Source: Octopus sinensis
Lineage: Eukaryota
DNA length: 64,000 bases
NCBI RefSeq assembly: GCF_006345805.1
Contig: NC_043003.1
Span: forward strand, 115,196,001-115,260,000
Reading direction: 5' to 3'
The notes below the pieces were generated by a model. The model did no database searches, was not told the DNA's origin, and was given only the letters and a program-made list of their open reading frames with translations. The position numbers and the translations under genes are program-made. This document shows positions 41,603-54,239 of the stretch, in pieces. Every line of letters starts with the position of its first letter. The stretch's first letter is position 1.

Positions 41603-42977
41603 TGTTTTTGTGCGCTACTCTGAGTATTGTGTGATGACAGCAAGCCAGACAGGATCTTCTTACACGTCTGGTGTCCTTGAACAATCCCCAGTCACAGCCC
41701 ACATGGGATTACAGACTAAAACCGCAATGATAGGATGAGAGAAAAAGCGAGAAAAGAGGACAATCAAGTAGATATAAACGGTGGAATGTTGACAAGAAAC
41801 TATAGTGGGGATTCTATGTTATTTCACCTTACTCCGTAAAATATATGGCTGAAGCTTCCCAGTTCGTCAACAGGAGCTTAGCTATATGCTGACATCGGCA
41901 GAAAATTTCAGATCTAGAATTCAGCAGTGTGTTAGAGTTCTTAGATCTGAAGAGGATCTGAGTGCCTTCGTTAACATATGGAAAGGATCTGAGTTCCTAA
42001 TTTAACATATGGTGTGGATTTTAGATTATTTTCCACTTTATCGTATGTGTTGTGGCATTCGAATTTAAACCCTATACACGGATCGCCAACGTAGTAGCCT
42101 TACTTTTGTCCCTCTGTTGAAAGGGGGACATGTGATTAGCATAGCGATTTTTGAACTCTCCTTCACATAGTCTAATCTAGCTCTTCTCATAGGTTGTGTT
42201 ATCATCTAGCGTTGCTGCTACTTCTGCCTTATATATGACGGTTGTAATCATGCATCATTTATCGAGCGCACATGTTACTGGGCCACAACAGATACAACTC
42301 GGAGTGGGCACTTGGTGTAGTTCTCACGTAATGATGCTTTTGATAACGGGACAGGAGCTATATGATAATTTCACTTAGCGTTTGTTAAATATGTTCCTTT
42401 ACCTGTGATTTTCTGGTAAGTATTTGTCTAGGAAACTAAGGAACCGTTACCCTATCTAAGTTTTACACAGAAGGAAAAGGAGAGGAGCCAAATTATTTTC
42501 CTAAGTCTATTTTTTAGGTATGTTATTGTTATCTCTATTAATATTAGAGAGGTTATAAAGTAATTTATCCTCTCTAACACACTGCTGAATTCCAGATTCA
42601 AAATTTTCTGCGGTTGTATGCATATGGCTAAATTCCTATTGAGGAATTCGAAAATACCACCCTTCCGAATTGAACAAATGCACCACTGTATCTAAGCCAC
42701 TGTCTTTTCAGCTGTATATTTTTTGGTGAAAAGGAAAATCACTCTAATTCCCCTGTTTTACATCTTTTGTTTTTCGTTTTCCGACTTTTCAACCTTCCAC
42801 CATTTATATCTACCTCTTTGTCATCATTTCAGGCTTTTTCTCTCATCTCGTCGTCCCGTTTTTAGTTCTTTATGCCATTTGGCCAGTGCTTGATTATTTT
42901 GCTATGACAACAGACGAGTTAAAAGTACTGTTTGCCTCGCTCTCAAATCATGAAACTAATAGTAGCGCATCAACACA
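41603..42977. mobile_element. Old non-autonomous fold-back element with ~340-400-bp diverged inverted arms
   Basis: TGCGCTACT/AGTAGCGCA near the ends; GATGAGAGAAAAAGC..GTAGATATAAA.GGTGGAA and GAATTCAGCAGTGTGTTAGAG each recur in inverted orientation; TA flanks. Confidence 0.75.
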
Positions 42978-43518
42978 TATATACTGCTTATAGAACAATA
43001 TGCGTGTGTGTGTGTGTGTGTGTGTATGTGTGTGTGTGCGTGTGCCTGTGTGTAAGTGTGTATGTGCATGTGTGCTGTTAGTGTTTTGTATGAATATGAG
43101 TAAGTATATGAGTGATAAGAGTTTTGAAACAGATTTCGGAAATGAATTAAGTGAATGTCTGGTAATCTCTCACAGACAAAGCAGAGAGTTAACATTCCTT
43201 GAAAGGGCTGAACTGCAAATGCTCTCACAAGAAATTTCGGAATAAAGGTAAATGCCTTTTAGCGGGTCACAGAAAATTTGTGATTATCGCGACGTTTTGC
43301 TATTATAATGACCTTCTATTCTAGTGCTATTATAGTGAATTTCTGAGAATAACCACAATGATAATTCTTTCTGCTAATGGCAGAAAGCCTGAAAAGATGT
43401 TTGTGGGTGGGGAATCGATTTCATATAAATCATACTTTGTACGTATTTATCGGCCCCAAAATAATAAGAAGCAAATTTGATTTGAGCGTTATTAGAACTC
43501 AGAACTTTAAGATTTGAG

Positions 43519-44094
43519 AGTGGCTGTGTGGTAAGTAGCTTGCTAACCAACCACATGGTTCCGGGTTCAGTCCCACTGCGTGGCATCTTGGGCAAGTGTC
43601 TTCTACTATAGCCCCGGGCCGACCAATACCTTGTGAGTGGATTTGGTAGACGGAAACTGAAAGAAACCTGTCGTATATATGTATACTCTTTACTCTTTTA
43701 CTTGTTTCAGTCATTTGACTGCGGCCATGCTGGAGCACCGCCTTTAGTCGAGCAAATCGACCCCAGGACTTATTCTTTGTAAGCCCAGTACTTATTCTAT
43801 CGGTCTCTTTTGCCGAACCGCTAAGTAACGGGGACGTAAACACACCAGCATCGGTTGTCAAGCAATGCTAGGGGGACAAACACAGACACACAAACACATA
43901 TACACACACATATATAAATATACATATATACGACAGGCTTCTTTCAGTTTCCGTCTACCAAATCCACTCACAAGGCAGTGGTCGGCCCGGGGCTATAGCA
44001 GAAGACACTTACCCAAGATGCCACGCAGTGGGACTGAACCCGGAACCTTGTGGTTGGTTAGCAAGCTACTTACCACACAGCCACTCCTGCGCGT

Positions 44095-44161
<67 letters not shown>

Positions 44162-44437
44162 GATATATATATGCATATATATATATATATTTATATATAT
44201 ATATATGTATATATGTATGTGTGTGTTTGTGTGTCTGTGTTTGTCCCCCTAGCATTGCTTGACAACCGATGCGGGTGTGTTTACGTCCCTGTCACTTACC
44301 GGTTCGGCAAAAGAGACCGATAGAATAAGTACTGAGCTTACAAAGAATAAGTCCCGGGGTCGATTTTCTCGACTAAAGGCGGTACTCCAGCATGGCCGCA
44401 GTCAAAATGACTGAAACAAGTAAAAGAGTAAATAGAG
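43519..44437 (+). mobile_element. SINE family C (plus strand) split by an inverted copy of the same family
   Basis: Head at 43519-43683 and tail at ~44093-44437 surround a complete minus-strand copy. Confidence 0.9.
43684..44092 (-). mobile_element. Full-length SINE family C nested in the microsatellite of another copy
   Basis: TACTCTTTACTCTTTTACTTGTTTCAG ... CCACACAGCCACTCCTGCGC. Confidence 0.92.
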
Positions 44438-44479
44438 CTGGAAAGCAATTACTCTTAACGTCAAAAGTATTATAATTAT

Positions 44480-44700
44480 TAAGTCGATGATCTGCGAAAA
44501 TTGTTAGCACGCTGGGAGATAATGCTTAGCGGTATTTCGTTCGGCTTTGCATTCCGAGTTCAAATTCCACTGGAATCAAAAATTGCCTTTCATCCCTTTC
44601 GGGGAGTCGATAAAAATATGTATGAGTTGACAATTGTCATCGATGCAATCGATTTTCGCCCCACTCTCCGAATTTGACGGCCTTGTCCCAAAATTAGAAG
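44480..44700 (+). mobile_element. Degenerate SINE family M
   Basis: GTTAGCACGC, GAGTTCAAATTCC, GCCTTTCATCCCTTTCGGGGAGTCGATAAA. Confidence 0.75.
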
Positions 44701-46373
44701 GCAATATTATTTGTAACTGCTTCACTATTTTCTCAAATAAATCTATGTACAATTATTTTAATATTATGGATTTACTTGGCTCATACACTTGAATAATCTT
44801 TATATCCAACTTGAATGTTTATACAATCTGGTAATTGCTTTAATTCTTATTCAATAAACAGGATAAGGCATAGTTTGATTTATTATGCACATTGATATTT
44901 TAGGAGAGTGGATTGGGAAACCGGGGAACAGAGAGAATTAGTAGAAGGTAATTTTGTAGCTTCTTTTCTACTCTTTCTCGTGGTGTGATTAATGACCAAT
45001 TATATACTATACAATATTTACAGGAGTTAATTTCTTCAATTACAACGCTTACTTAAACAACTGTATTCATATTCTAATACGAGGGACCTTTTCTACTGAA
45101 GTAACAAGCTTCAAATAAGCTATTTTAAAGGAATTTATTTGAAAATATGAATTATGTTTACCTCTACTGATAAATGTATTGCTGGCAAGGACACAGTAAT
45201 CCGTTTTGTAACCACGATATTCTTCCAAGTATTGTAAAGTTTTCCAACTCAATATTGCACCTTTTAGAAATCTTAGCTTACTGTACAAACAGTAAGATGG
45301 TTATTTCTGTTAGTACACATGTCAACTATTTGGGATGTAAACTGATCCAAGAACAGAGACCCCATAATGACAGGGCGTAAGGTGTCATAATATCTTTTCT
45401 TGAGATGAACTTTCTTGGAAGTTAATGTTTATTACATACAATATTAATAATATGCATCTCTACAAAAAATCATTTATTTAATTGCAATTAAAACTGCTGC
45501 TATAAACACGTTTTTGTGCAACTGTGCAGAATCCTCTTACGATCGTTACTAAAATTATATTTATTAAATTATAGAATGTATCTGATATAGTTTTTATACT
45601 ATGTTTTACTTTAGATTTTGCCACTGACCAATATGAAGCGTTTTCTAATATTTTGAAACGCAAGGCTCACACCCTGGTATCCTGACGTTGGGGTACCAAT
45701 AAATATTCATTGTCATTAGAAGAAGGGTTTTGATTATTAATCGAAGCAATTTTTAGTGATTATCATGGCGATATTACAGTTACTGTTGGCATTAAATTGA
45801 ATGGTAGACTTGCTGTTGTGGATTCGCGATCGTATACACTCAGATCTTACACTCTTGAAACCTTAAAATTAGCTGAGTAATTTCGCAATCTCTTCTATAA
45901 TATTTTTTCTATGGGAGAAAGATTATTTCGAATACACATTTAAGTTATTTCTTACACATTACTGCACCAGTATGTATCTTAATTTCTAAACAGAAGAGAC
46001 ACACACGTTGCTGCGGATTGCCTACTACTCACAGTGATTAATTCCCTCTTAGTTCAATTAGATCTCATTAATAATAAAAGTAAATTAAAGCGTAGTGTTG
46101 CTGATTACATCATTGAATTGTTCGAACTTGAGGTATGCATTGGAGCAGAGTGGAGAAAATAATTTCATCTTCAAGCGGTTGGGTTTGATATATAACATAT
46201 AATGTTTGGTAAATCAGCAACGGCAGTTCTAATTAGGATTATCTCATAAAGACATTAATAATACATCTAAGAATACAAAGAAATGCAGTAACCCGACCGA
46301 ATACTAGTAGAAAGCAGAGGTTTCAGTTACCTGTGGTAAAAGTCATATAAACTTTGACTTCGTACAATATCTA

Positions 46374-47337
46374 ATATATGGTGTGACGTAAAGCAGCGAG
46401 ATGGTAAAATCGTTATATATGGTGTGACGTGATAGAATCGTTATATGTTGTGGTTGAGGTGGAAAAGCAGCGAACTGGTAAAATCGTTAATATGTTGTGA
46501 GGTAAAGCAGCCACTGGTGGTAAAATCGTTATATATGGTGTGACGTAAAGCAGCGAGCTGGTAAAATCGTATATATGGTGTGAGTAAAGCAGCGAGCTGG
46601 TAAAATCGTTATATATGATGTGACGTGATAGAATCGTTATATAGGTTGTGAGGTAAAGCAGCGAAATGGTAAAATCGTTATATATGGTGTGACGTAAGCA
46701 GCGAGCTGGTAGAATCGTTATATATGGTGTGACGTAAAGCAGAGAGATGGTAAAATCGTTATATATGGTGTGACGTGATAGAATCGTTATATATGGTGTG
46801 ACGTAAAGCAGCGAGCTGGTAAAATCGTTATATATGGTGTGACGTGATAGAATCGTTATATATGGTGTGAGGTAAAGCAGCGAACTGGTAAAATCGTTAT
46901 ATATGGTGTGACGTAAAGCAGCGAGCTGGTAGAATCGTTATATATGGTGTGACGTAAAGCAGCGAGATGGTAAAATCGTTATATATGGTGTGACGTGATA
47001 GAATCGTTATATATGGTGTGAGGTAAAGCAGCGAACTGGTAAAATCGTTATATATGGTGTGACGTAAAGCAGCGAGCTGGTAAAATCGTTATATATGGTG
47101 TGACGTAAAGCAGCGAGCTGGTAAAATCGTTATATATGGTGTGACGTAAAGCAGCGAGCTGGTAAAATCGTTATATATGGTGTGAGGTAAAGCAGCGAAC
47201 TGGTAAAATCGTTATATATGGTGTGAGGTAAAGCAGCGAGCTGGTAAAATCGTTATATATGGTGTAACGTAAAGCAGCGAGCTGGTAAAATCGTTATATA
47301 TGGTGTGACGTAAAGTGGTGAACTGGTAGAATCGTTA
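46374..47337 (+). repeat. Minisatellite of about 25 units, 41 bp with a 28-bp deletion variant
   Basis: Unit ATATATGGTGTGACGTAAAGCAGCGAGCTGGTAAAATCGTT; short unit ATATATGGTGTGACGTGATAGAATCGTT. Confidence 0.95.
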
Positions 47338-47366
47338 TCATGCGGGGGAAAATGCTTTTTCCCGTC

Positions 47367-48155
47367 AGTTAGTTAGTTAATTTTTTTGCTCAAAAAGCAA
47401 AAAAGCATGGCCATGTAGGGGGACATGGAGTTTTGTACAGGGTGGTGTTCATGTAAAGAGTTCAGGCCACTTGTGTTCAAGGGCGACTTTGAACCGAGCG
47501 GTCGTCGGCATCCTCACCATCTCGTCCGGCAGCTTATTCCACAGATCCGCAACTCGGATTGAGAAAGCCCCCCTCCTTCGATTGAGATGAAATCGTCGCA
47601 GATAGAGCTTTTCGGAATGACCCCGCAGCCGACACTCTGGAGCAGGAGTGAAGAACAGCTCTTTCGAGAGGTTACACTTTCCGCTTATGATGTTGTGAGC
47701 GAGAATGAGATCACCACGGCGTCGTCGTTTTTCTAGAGAATAAAGTTCGAGCGTCTTCAGCCTTTCTTCATAAGACAAATTCTTGAGACCAAGTACCAGG
47801 CAGATGGCCAGCTTCTGGACTCTTTTAAGATGCTGTATGTCTTTGAGGAGATAAAGAGAAGAGGCTTGAATCCCGTACTCCAATATGGGTCTCACCAGAG
47901 TAACAGAGCGGTAGGAATATGGCTACTGTGAGCATTCCGAATGACCGTCGAATCAAGAACAGAACTCCACGTGTTTTGTTGGCAGCATGGACGCACTGGA
48001 CCGAAGGCAAAAAGGAGGAATCCACCAAGATACCCAGATCCTTTACCTGATCGGTCCTCTCCAGCAGCAAACGACCCGACTCGAAATCAAGTTGAGTTGC
48101 AGGAGGAGAGCCAACAGGCAGATGACAGCACTTTGACACGTTCAGACACGTTCAG
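47367..48155 (-). mobile_element. 5'-truncated CR1-like LINE with (TAAC)n tail, inserted into a family M SINE
   Basis: LNVSKC, KDLGILVD, RPILEY, SYEERL, SLEKRRRRGDL, RLRGHSEKL, WNKLP; SINE head at 47311-47366 resumes at ~48160-48303. Confidence 0.92.
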
Positions 48156-49103
48156 TCATGATGCACTGAGTTCAAATTCCGTTGTGGTCGACATTGCTAT
48201 TCATTTTTCAGAGTCGATAGATTAAATACCAATTGAGCACTGGGCTCGATGTAAACTACTCATAACATCCCCCGAAATTTCTGGCCTTTTGCCAAAATTT
48301 TAGATCAAAATTTGGTGTGATAACGAATGGGACGGTAAATCTCATTTTAATTTCAAATATGAATGATTTCTGAAGATGAAGAAAATTCTGTGGAATCGCA
48401 ATAAAATGGAAATTGCCTATCCGATATGATGACATATAATAATATTATTAAATTCGTTACAAGGCATTCAACGTGTTTCCAATATTTATGAAGAAAAACA
48501 GACAAAAATGAAAATGGCCTCAAAGTATACACTGAGAAACATGAAAGCACACACTAGCATATATGATATATATATATATGTGTATCATGTATGTATGTAT
48601 ACACGCACACACTAGCACAAACACACACATATATAGTTTATTGTCCGCTACATATACCAAAAGTAGCAAATAACGTTTGAAATAAATGAAATTCTTATTA
48701 AAGAATTGTTTGTTGCGGTTCTCTCTTCCCTTTAACTTTTCACATTGGGAAACTAAAAAAGGAAGTGATTATTAAAATCCTTTGAGGAAAATAAAGCGGT
48801 CGTTTGTTATTGCATACGTTGTTTTGCTGTTGTAAATTCGTTATTGCCGGATTCCTATTATGTTGGAATATGAGTTCTTGTTAGCTTGGTAAAAAAAAAA
48901 AGGCAGAGAATAATTAAACTTTTAATGTAATATCGTGCGGTATAAGGACAGGGTCTGTGAAATGCACATGATGTTATAAACGGAGACAGAAACATACGGA
49001 CACTCGCATATAGGCAAAAACACATAGCGGTATGGCCTGCGTTTCTGACTCCGATCTATAAATTATATACAAATGTATATATTTGTCTATGAATGTATAT
49101 ATG

Positions 49104-49152
<49 letters not shown>

Positions 49153-49366
49153 TATATATATATATATAATATATTATATATAGATATATATGTATGTATG
49201 TATGTATGTATATATATATATATAGAGAGAGAGATACAGATAGATAGATGATAGATAAATAGTAACATACATATATACATACATATATATATACATATAT
49301 ATACATATATATGTATGTTATATAATATATATATATATATATATACACATATATATGTATATATAT

Positions 49367-49412
<46 letters not shown>

Positions 49413-49569
49413 TTGATAGATAAATAGATACATAATATAATATATATATATATATATACACACACACACGTATGCGTGTAAATATATATGTATGAACATG
49501 TATACATTTGCATGTATATACGCATACACAAACACACACATATATATATATGCATATAAACAATCTTGT

Positions 49570-49870
49570 GAGTTTATAAATGTGTGCGCTGCGTGTATGA
49601 GTTCGCTCGCGCATGCGTGAGTAACGTAAAGTGGTGCCGTTCGTTCAAAGATGGCCGATTGAGAAATTGGCAATGAAACGTACGCAAAATAATATTAATC
49701 ATCCAAAGAATTCTCGAAAAAGAACCAGTCAAAAAAACGGCCAAACTAAATAAACATAGACCATAAAATAAAACAGCACGGAATACGAATAAACGAATAA
49801 AACTGCGATGCCGGACGAAACCAAAAAGAAAAAAATATATAGAAATCGACCGGACGTGTAAAATAAAAAA
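49570..49870 (+). promoter_or_regulatory. Candidate promoter-like CpG-enriched patch
   Basis: TATAAA at 49575, GCGCATGCG (NRF1-like) at 49609 and AAGATGGCCG (YY1-like) at 49648, in non-repeat sequence. Confidence 0.25.
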
Positions 49871-50189
49871 GCAAAACAAATACAGTGCTCAACGATTAAA
49901 GAATATTTGGACAAAAATATCCATGTTAGAGGTTAAATATTTTATGAAGCTATTACATTTTATGCACGTTTTATGTCATTGTTTGGGTAGACAATTCAAA
50001 GATTACGGTAATATATCTCCAAACATTCCGATGAGGTTAAATAATGTTATATAGGTTAGTGAAATATTGAATTTTATAGACAGACATAGGTAAAGAGAAC
50101 GTCAGATAACGACACTGTATATATAAGTGTGTGTATTTGTCTTATTAAATGTCCGTCTATTTTCTTAGTATATAATTATATGAATGTGA

Positions 50190-50245
<56 letters not shown>

Positions 50246-50345
50246 GTGTGTGTGTGTGAGTGTGTGTGTGTGTGTGTGCGTGGGTGTGTGTGTGTGTGGT
50301 GAGTGTGTTGTGTGTGTGTGTGTGTTTATTTATGTCTTCACACAC

Positions 50346-50645
50346 TGGCGCTCCGTCGGTTAGGACGACAAGAGCCCAAGAGCATCTGATCGACGAAACT
50401 GCTGGCTCGAGAAATTAACGTGCAAGTGGCTGGGCACCCCATGGTCACGCGTCCCTTCTAAGTGGCTCTCGTGCACAGAATGCGTCAAAGCTGACCCTTT
50501 GCAATACAAGTACTAACCGTTTTTGTCAGCAGAATGGAGCAGAGAAAACATGAGAGGAAATGCCTTGGCGAAACACATAACACTCAGCCATGATTCGAAC
50601 TTACGAACGTGATCTGAATAAACTGTTCACTGAGCCACACGCCTA
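50346..50645 (-). mobile_element. Degenerate tRNA-derived SINE of a fourth family
   Basis: Minus strand AGGCGTGTGGCTCAGTG A-box, AGTTCGAATC B-box, body CCACTTGCACGTTAATTTCTCGAG, end ACCGACGGAGCGCCA. Confidence 0.7.
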
Positions 50646-51029
50646 CCCTATAAATTGACACACGAACACACTCTTATACATACACACACACACACACACA
50701 CACGTAAATGTGATAGATATGCAATAACAGAAAGTGAAGGAAGAAAAGAACAAGTTCGATGGAACCAGTGACCCGAATATCAAAACTTATTCTGTGCGAT
50801 TCAAACAGTTGTTTTTGTTTTTCGATGATTCCTACTGTGTTAAATCATATATTCGACGTATCTATGGGTACCCCCTTGAACAAGATTCTCTTAAGATCGT
50901 CGAATTGTATCTAAGTGAACGGCTCCCCTACAACGGGGACCTTCCAATCATTTATAGGCCAAACCATGGATATGTTCGGGAAGAGACATTTAGAAAACTT
51001 TAAATATATTATGCTAACTATAATAACAT

Positions 51030-51262
51030 ACGACAGACGCCCGTCCTATATATGTTTATATATGTATATGTTTGTGTGTCTGTTGATTGTCACTCCACCA
51101 TCGCTTGACAACCGATGTTGGCGTGTTTAAGTATCCGTAACGTAGCAGTGCGGCAAAAAGGGTCCGTCAGAGTTGGTACTAGGCTCACAAAGTCACTTTC
51201 TTCGACTGAAGGTGGTACTCCAGCATGGCCGCTGTCATCTGACTGAAACAAGAATAAAAGAA
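51030..51262 (+). mobile_element. SINE family C, 3' half
   Basis: CATCGCTTGACAACCGATG...GGTACTCCAGCATGGCCGC...TGACTGAAACAAG. Confidence 0.8.
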
Positions 51263-51367
51263 TATATGTATGTGTGTATATAAAAATATATACATATTCA
51301 CGTATATATATATATATGTACGTATGTATACATATGTGTGGGTGCGCGCGCTTCTATGTATATATAT

Positions 51368-51407
<40 letters not shown>

Positions 51408-51418
51408 ATATATATATA

Positions 51419-51457
<39 letters not shown>

Positions 51458-52499
51458 CGCACACACACACCAAAATACTCAAAGTGAGTGGATACATAAT
51501 TAGACTGAATGTAAGTGGAACACTACGATCGATCTGTAATACGGTTCAATAATATATCGCTGTAAATGAAGGCTGATTCAAGTTTATAATCCGCCGAAAT
51601 AGTTTACATTAAAAGCCATAAATTCGATGCAGTGTGTAGTAAAATCTATTCCCTATAGTCACATGCCCTTCCCACCAAATTCAAGACGAATGTTTCTCTT
51701 GAATTCTCTTCATCACTCGCCATATCTTGGTGCGTTACTCCATCATTATATATCTCTTGCTTTCTCACACTATCCCTCTCACATTCGATAGAATCAAAGC
51801 GAATCCTCAAACCAACAAGTCTAACAGATAATCACCAGTATCAGAGATTAATCGAAGCAATTAAATCCAATACTAATTTGTCCTGCCTGTCATTACGTTT
51901 AACCATTGATCTCTAACTAGTACAACAACGCAAGGCAATAAGTACTTAAATACAGGATGTATTTTCTCTAAATCAATGCAGACAGAAATTGTTTTATTGT
52001 ATATTGTGAACGGTGAACCATAAGGCGTCGAAAGTTACAGATTTTCAACATGGCAGCATTAGACACTGCACTTCCGTCAGACAGGTATATTCCGTCGAAA
52101 TGAATAGAAAGAAATTATATGTTATAGATCAAATCAGTCTGGTATATTTTTCAAGGTGTTCTGTAAATACTGCACACATACACACACACACACAAAATAT
52201 ACCTATAACCATACAATGTATCACTGCCACAGAGACATAGACAAGCACACCCTATTAAACATACATACATACATGCTGATGTATATACATATATATTCAT
52301 TTATATATAATTTGATTCTGTCAGGATACTTTTAGGCCACTTGACCATATAAGAGGATTCAACCAACATCCTAATATTGTCATACCACTCACGCATTTTT
52401 ATGAATCTTTCTCTTCTTCTTCTTCTTCTTCTTCTTCTTCTTCTCCCCCTCCTCCTTCCTCTTCTCCTCCTTCATCATCTTCTCCGCCGCCTCCTTCTT

Positions 52500-52776
52500 C
52501 GACTACTACTGCTGCTTGAACAATCAAAACCAAGAATTCATATCAAATATTCTTTTAGGACTGCTACTACCGGCTACCTGCTACCAAGTCCTCACAAGAG
52601 TAAAAGAGAGAGAAAGAGACAGACAGACGGACAGAACAGAGGAAAATGTCACTTGCATTTGAAAGGCATATGAATTTAAAAAAAAACATTTCATTTAATT
52701 ATTCCACAATTTAATTGCTTTTCATACTTTACTCTATGTTGAAAAAGTCGCAAAGTCTGAAACCGGTACCAAAATG

Positions 52777-52778
<2 letters not shown>
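52500..52778 (+). mobile_element. Dispersed repeat (Penelope-terminal-like); second copy inverted at ~61000-61400
   Basis: CTGCTGCTT.AACAATC, AAAAAACATTTCATTT, CATACTTTA and GAAAAAGTCG...GAAACCGGT..AAAATGTT are shared by both copies. Confidence 0.6.
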
Positions 52779-52813
<35 letters not shown>

Positions 52814-53533
52814 CAATACGGAGCAAATAATTCAGGAGAAAAGATTCGCGAAGATATTATTGACTCTGCCATTATTTAGAGTAACAATTGAAAATGATAA
52901 CATCAGAATCAATGATATAGGCGCTTGCAGGTCCAAAAAAACATTAAATAATATCTTCGCAAATGAATTATTTGCTCCGTATTAAAAATATTTTCACACT
53001 GGTGGCTGCCTGTAAATTGATTCCAGCATCGAAAAATATCAGCATCCATCATCAGGGAAGAATTTTACATTTGAGGTGTTGACATAACGGAGTTTGAATA
53101 AAGGTTTTCGACCACTCATGCACAATGTATATGATTTCCTAGTTCGCTGGTCGGTTTCAAATTGATGTGGTGGGTGGTGAGCCTATGAGAGTACCGGGTG
53201 TTAAAACAGCTGAAATTAATAGTCATAATATTGTAATGGTCAGGCTATTCAATTTGACTCCGGCTCGGTTGAGGTTTATAATATTAATAAGCCACAAAAT
53301 TTGCACAGCATCGATATCCATCGCTCCTGAAGGACACAACTGGTCAGGCGTTCCATTTGGTGTCCTTAACTGCTGCATTGTCGACCATACATCCCGGCAT
53401 TGGTAACTGAAATTTTGCATTGGGAAACGTATTTTCGGAGTGTACATGGTGTGTGTTACATTTTCTACAATTCGTCCTCAGTAACTGCAGGCACAAACAT
53501 TTATACCGCTAATAATCGTCAAAACAACCACAA

Positions 53534-53574
<41 letters not shown>

Positions 53575-53649
53575 CAAGTGTGTATTGGGGTAAGGAAAGA
53601 TACTCGGACGGGAGAAGATGCCAAATGGAACGTAGAAGTTCGCCACCTC

Positions 53650-53970
53650 TTATGGACCATTCGGCATGCTTCCGTGTGAGATTCACCAGTCTGCTGGTCA
53701 CCTCTTTCCAGCTCTTCTCGACATGTTGATCTGAGTCAAACTAGGCTGCGAATAATTTAAACGTTCCATGCTTCCAGTTGTCTCAGGTCACTGTTGGACG
53801 GCACTGACCCCTTCTCCACGTACCGAACAACTTACCCCCTAATGTTACGAGTTAATCTTTGATCTTCTAAGCAATTCGTAGACACCTAGAACAGTGTCGA
53901 TCCCCTTAAAATGACTGGTGTCTCATACTACGATGGTGAAGTTTTCTAAATGCGTTAACAATTACCATAC
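53650..53970 (-). mobile_element. Old L1/Tx1-like ORF2 remnant (end of RT)
   Basis: VYE....SKIN...GKLFGTWR and FDSDQHVEKSWKEVTSRLVNLTRK resemble recalled Tx1-type YE..TGAKIN..KS.GL.LGTW and FGPDLQ.EKNW.EV. Confidence 0.55.
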
Positions 53971-54139
53971 ACATCCTACTTGGCGCTGGATAAGCAATAC
54001 TTTATTGTTCTAGTTCGATAGGTGATAAATAATATTGGCTTAAAATTTTGGCGGAAGAGCAGATATTTCGTGAGTGGTGGTAAGTCTTATTTTATCGATG
54101 TGAAAGGAGGAAAGACAAAGTCGAACTCGGTTAGATTTG

Positions 54140-54239
54140 NNNNNNNNNNNNNNNNNNNNNNNNNNNNNNNNNNNNNNNNNNNNNNNNNNNNNNNNNNNNN
54201 NNNNNNNNNNNNNNNNNNNNNNNNNNNNNNNNNNNNNNN
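54140..54239. other. Assembly gap (100 N)
   Basis: Run of N. Confidence 0.99.

Noticed and set aside
45200-45750. Very old CR1/L2-like remnant (VNYLG); similar L1-like traces at ~32050-32750 minus
   Set aside because: Motifs are too short and degenerate to support without a profile search
46374-47337. CRISPR-like array
   Set aside because: Units are contiguous tandem copies with no unique spacers, there are no cas genes, and the unit derives from a SINE head
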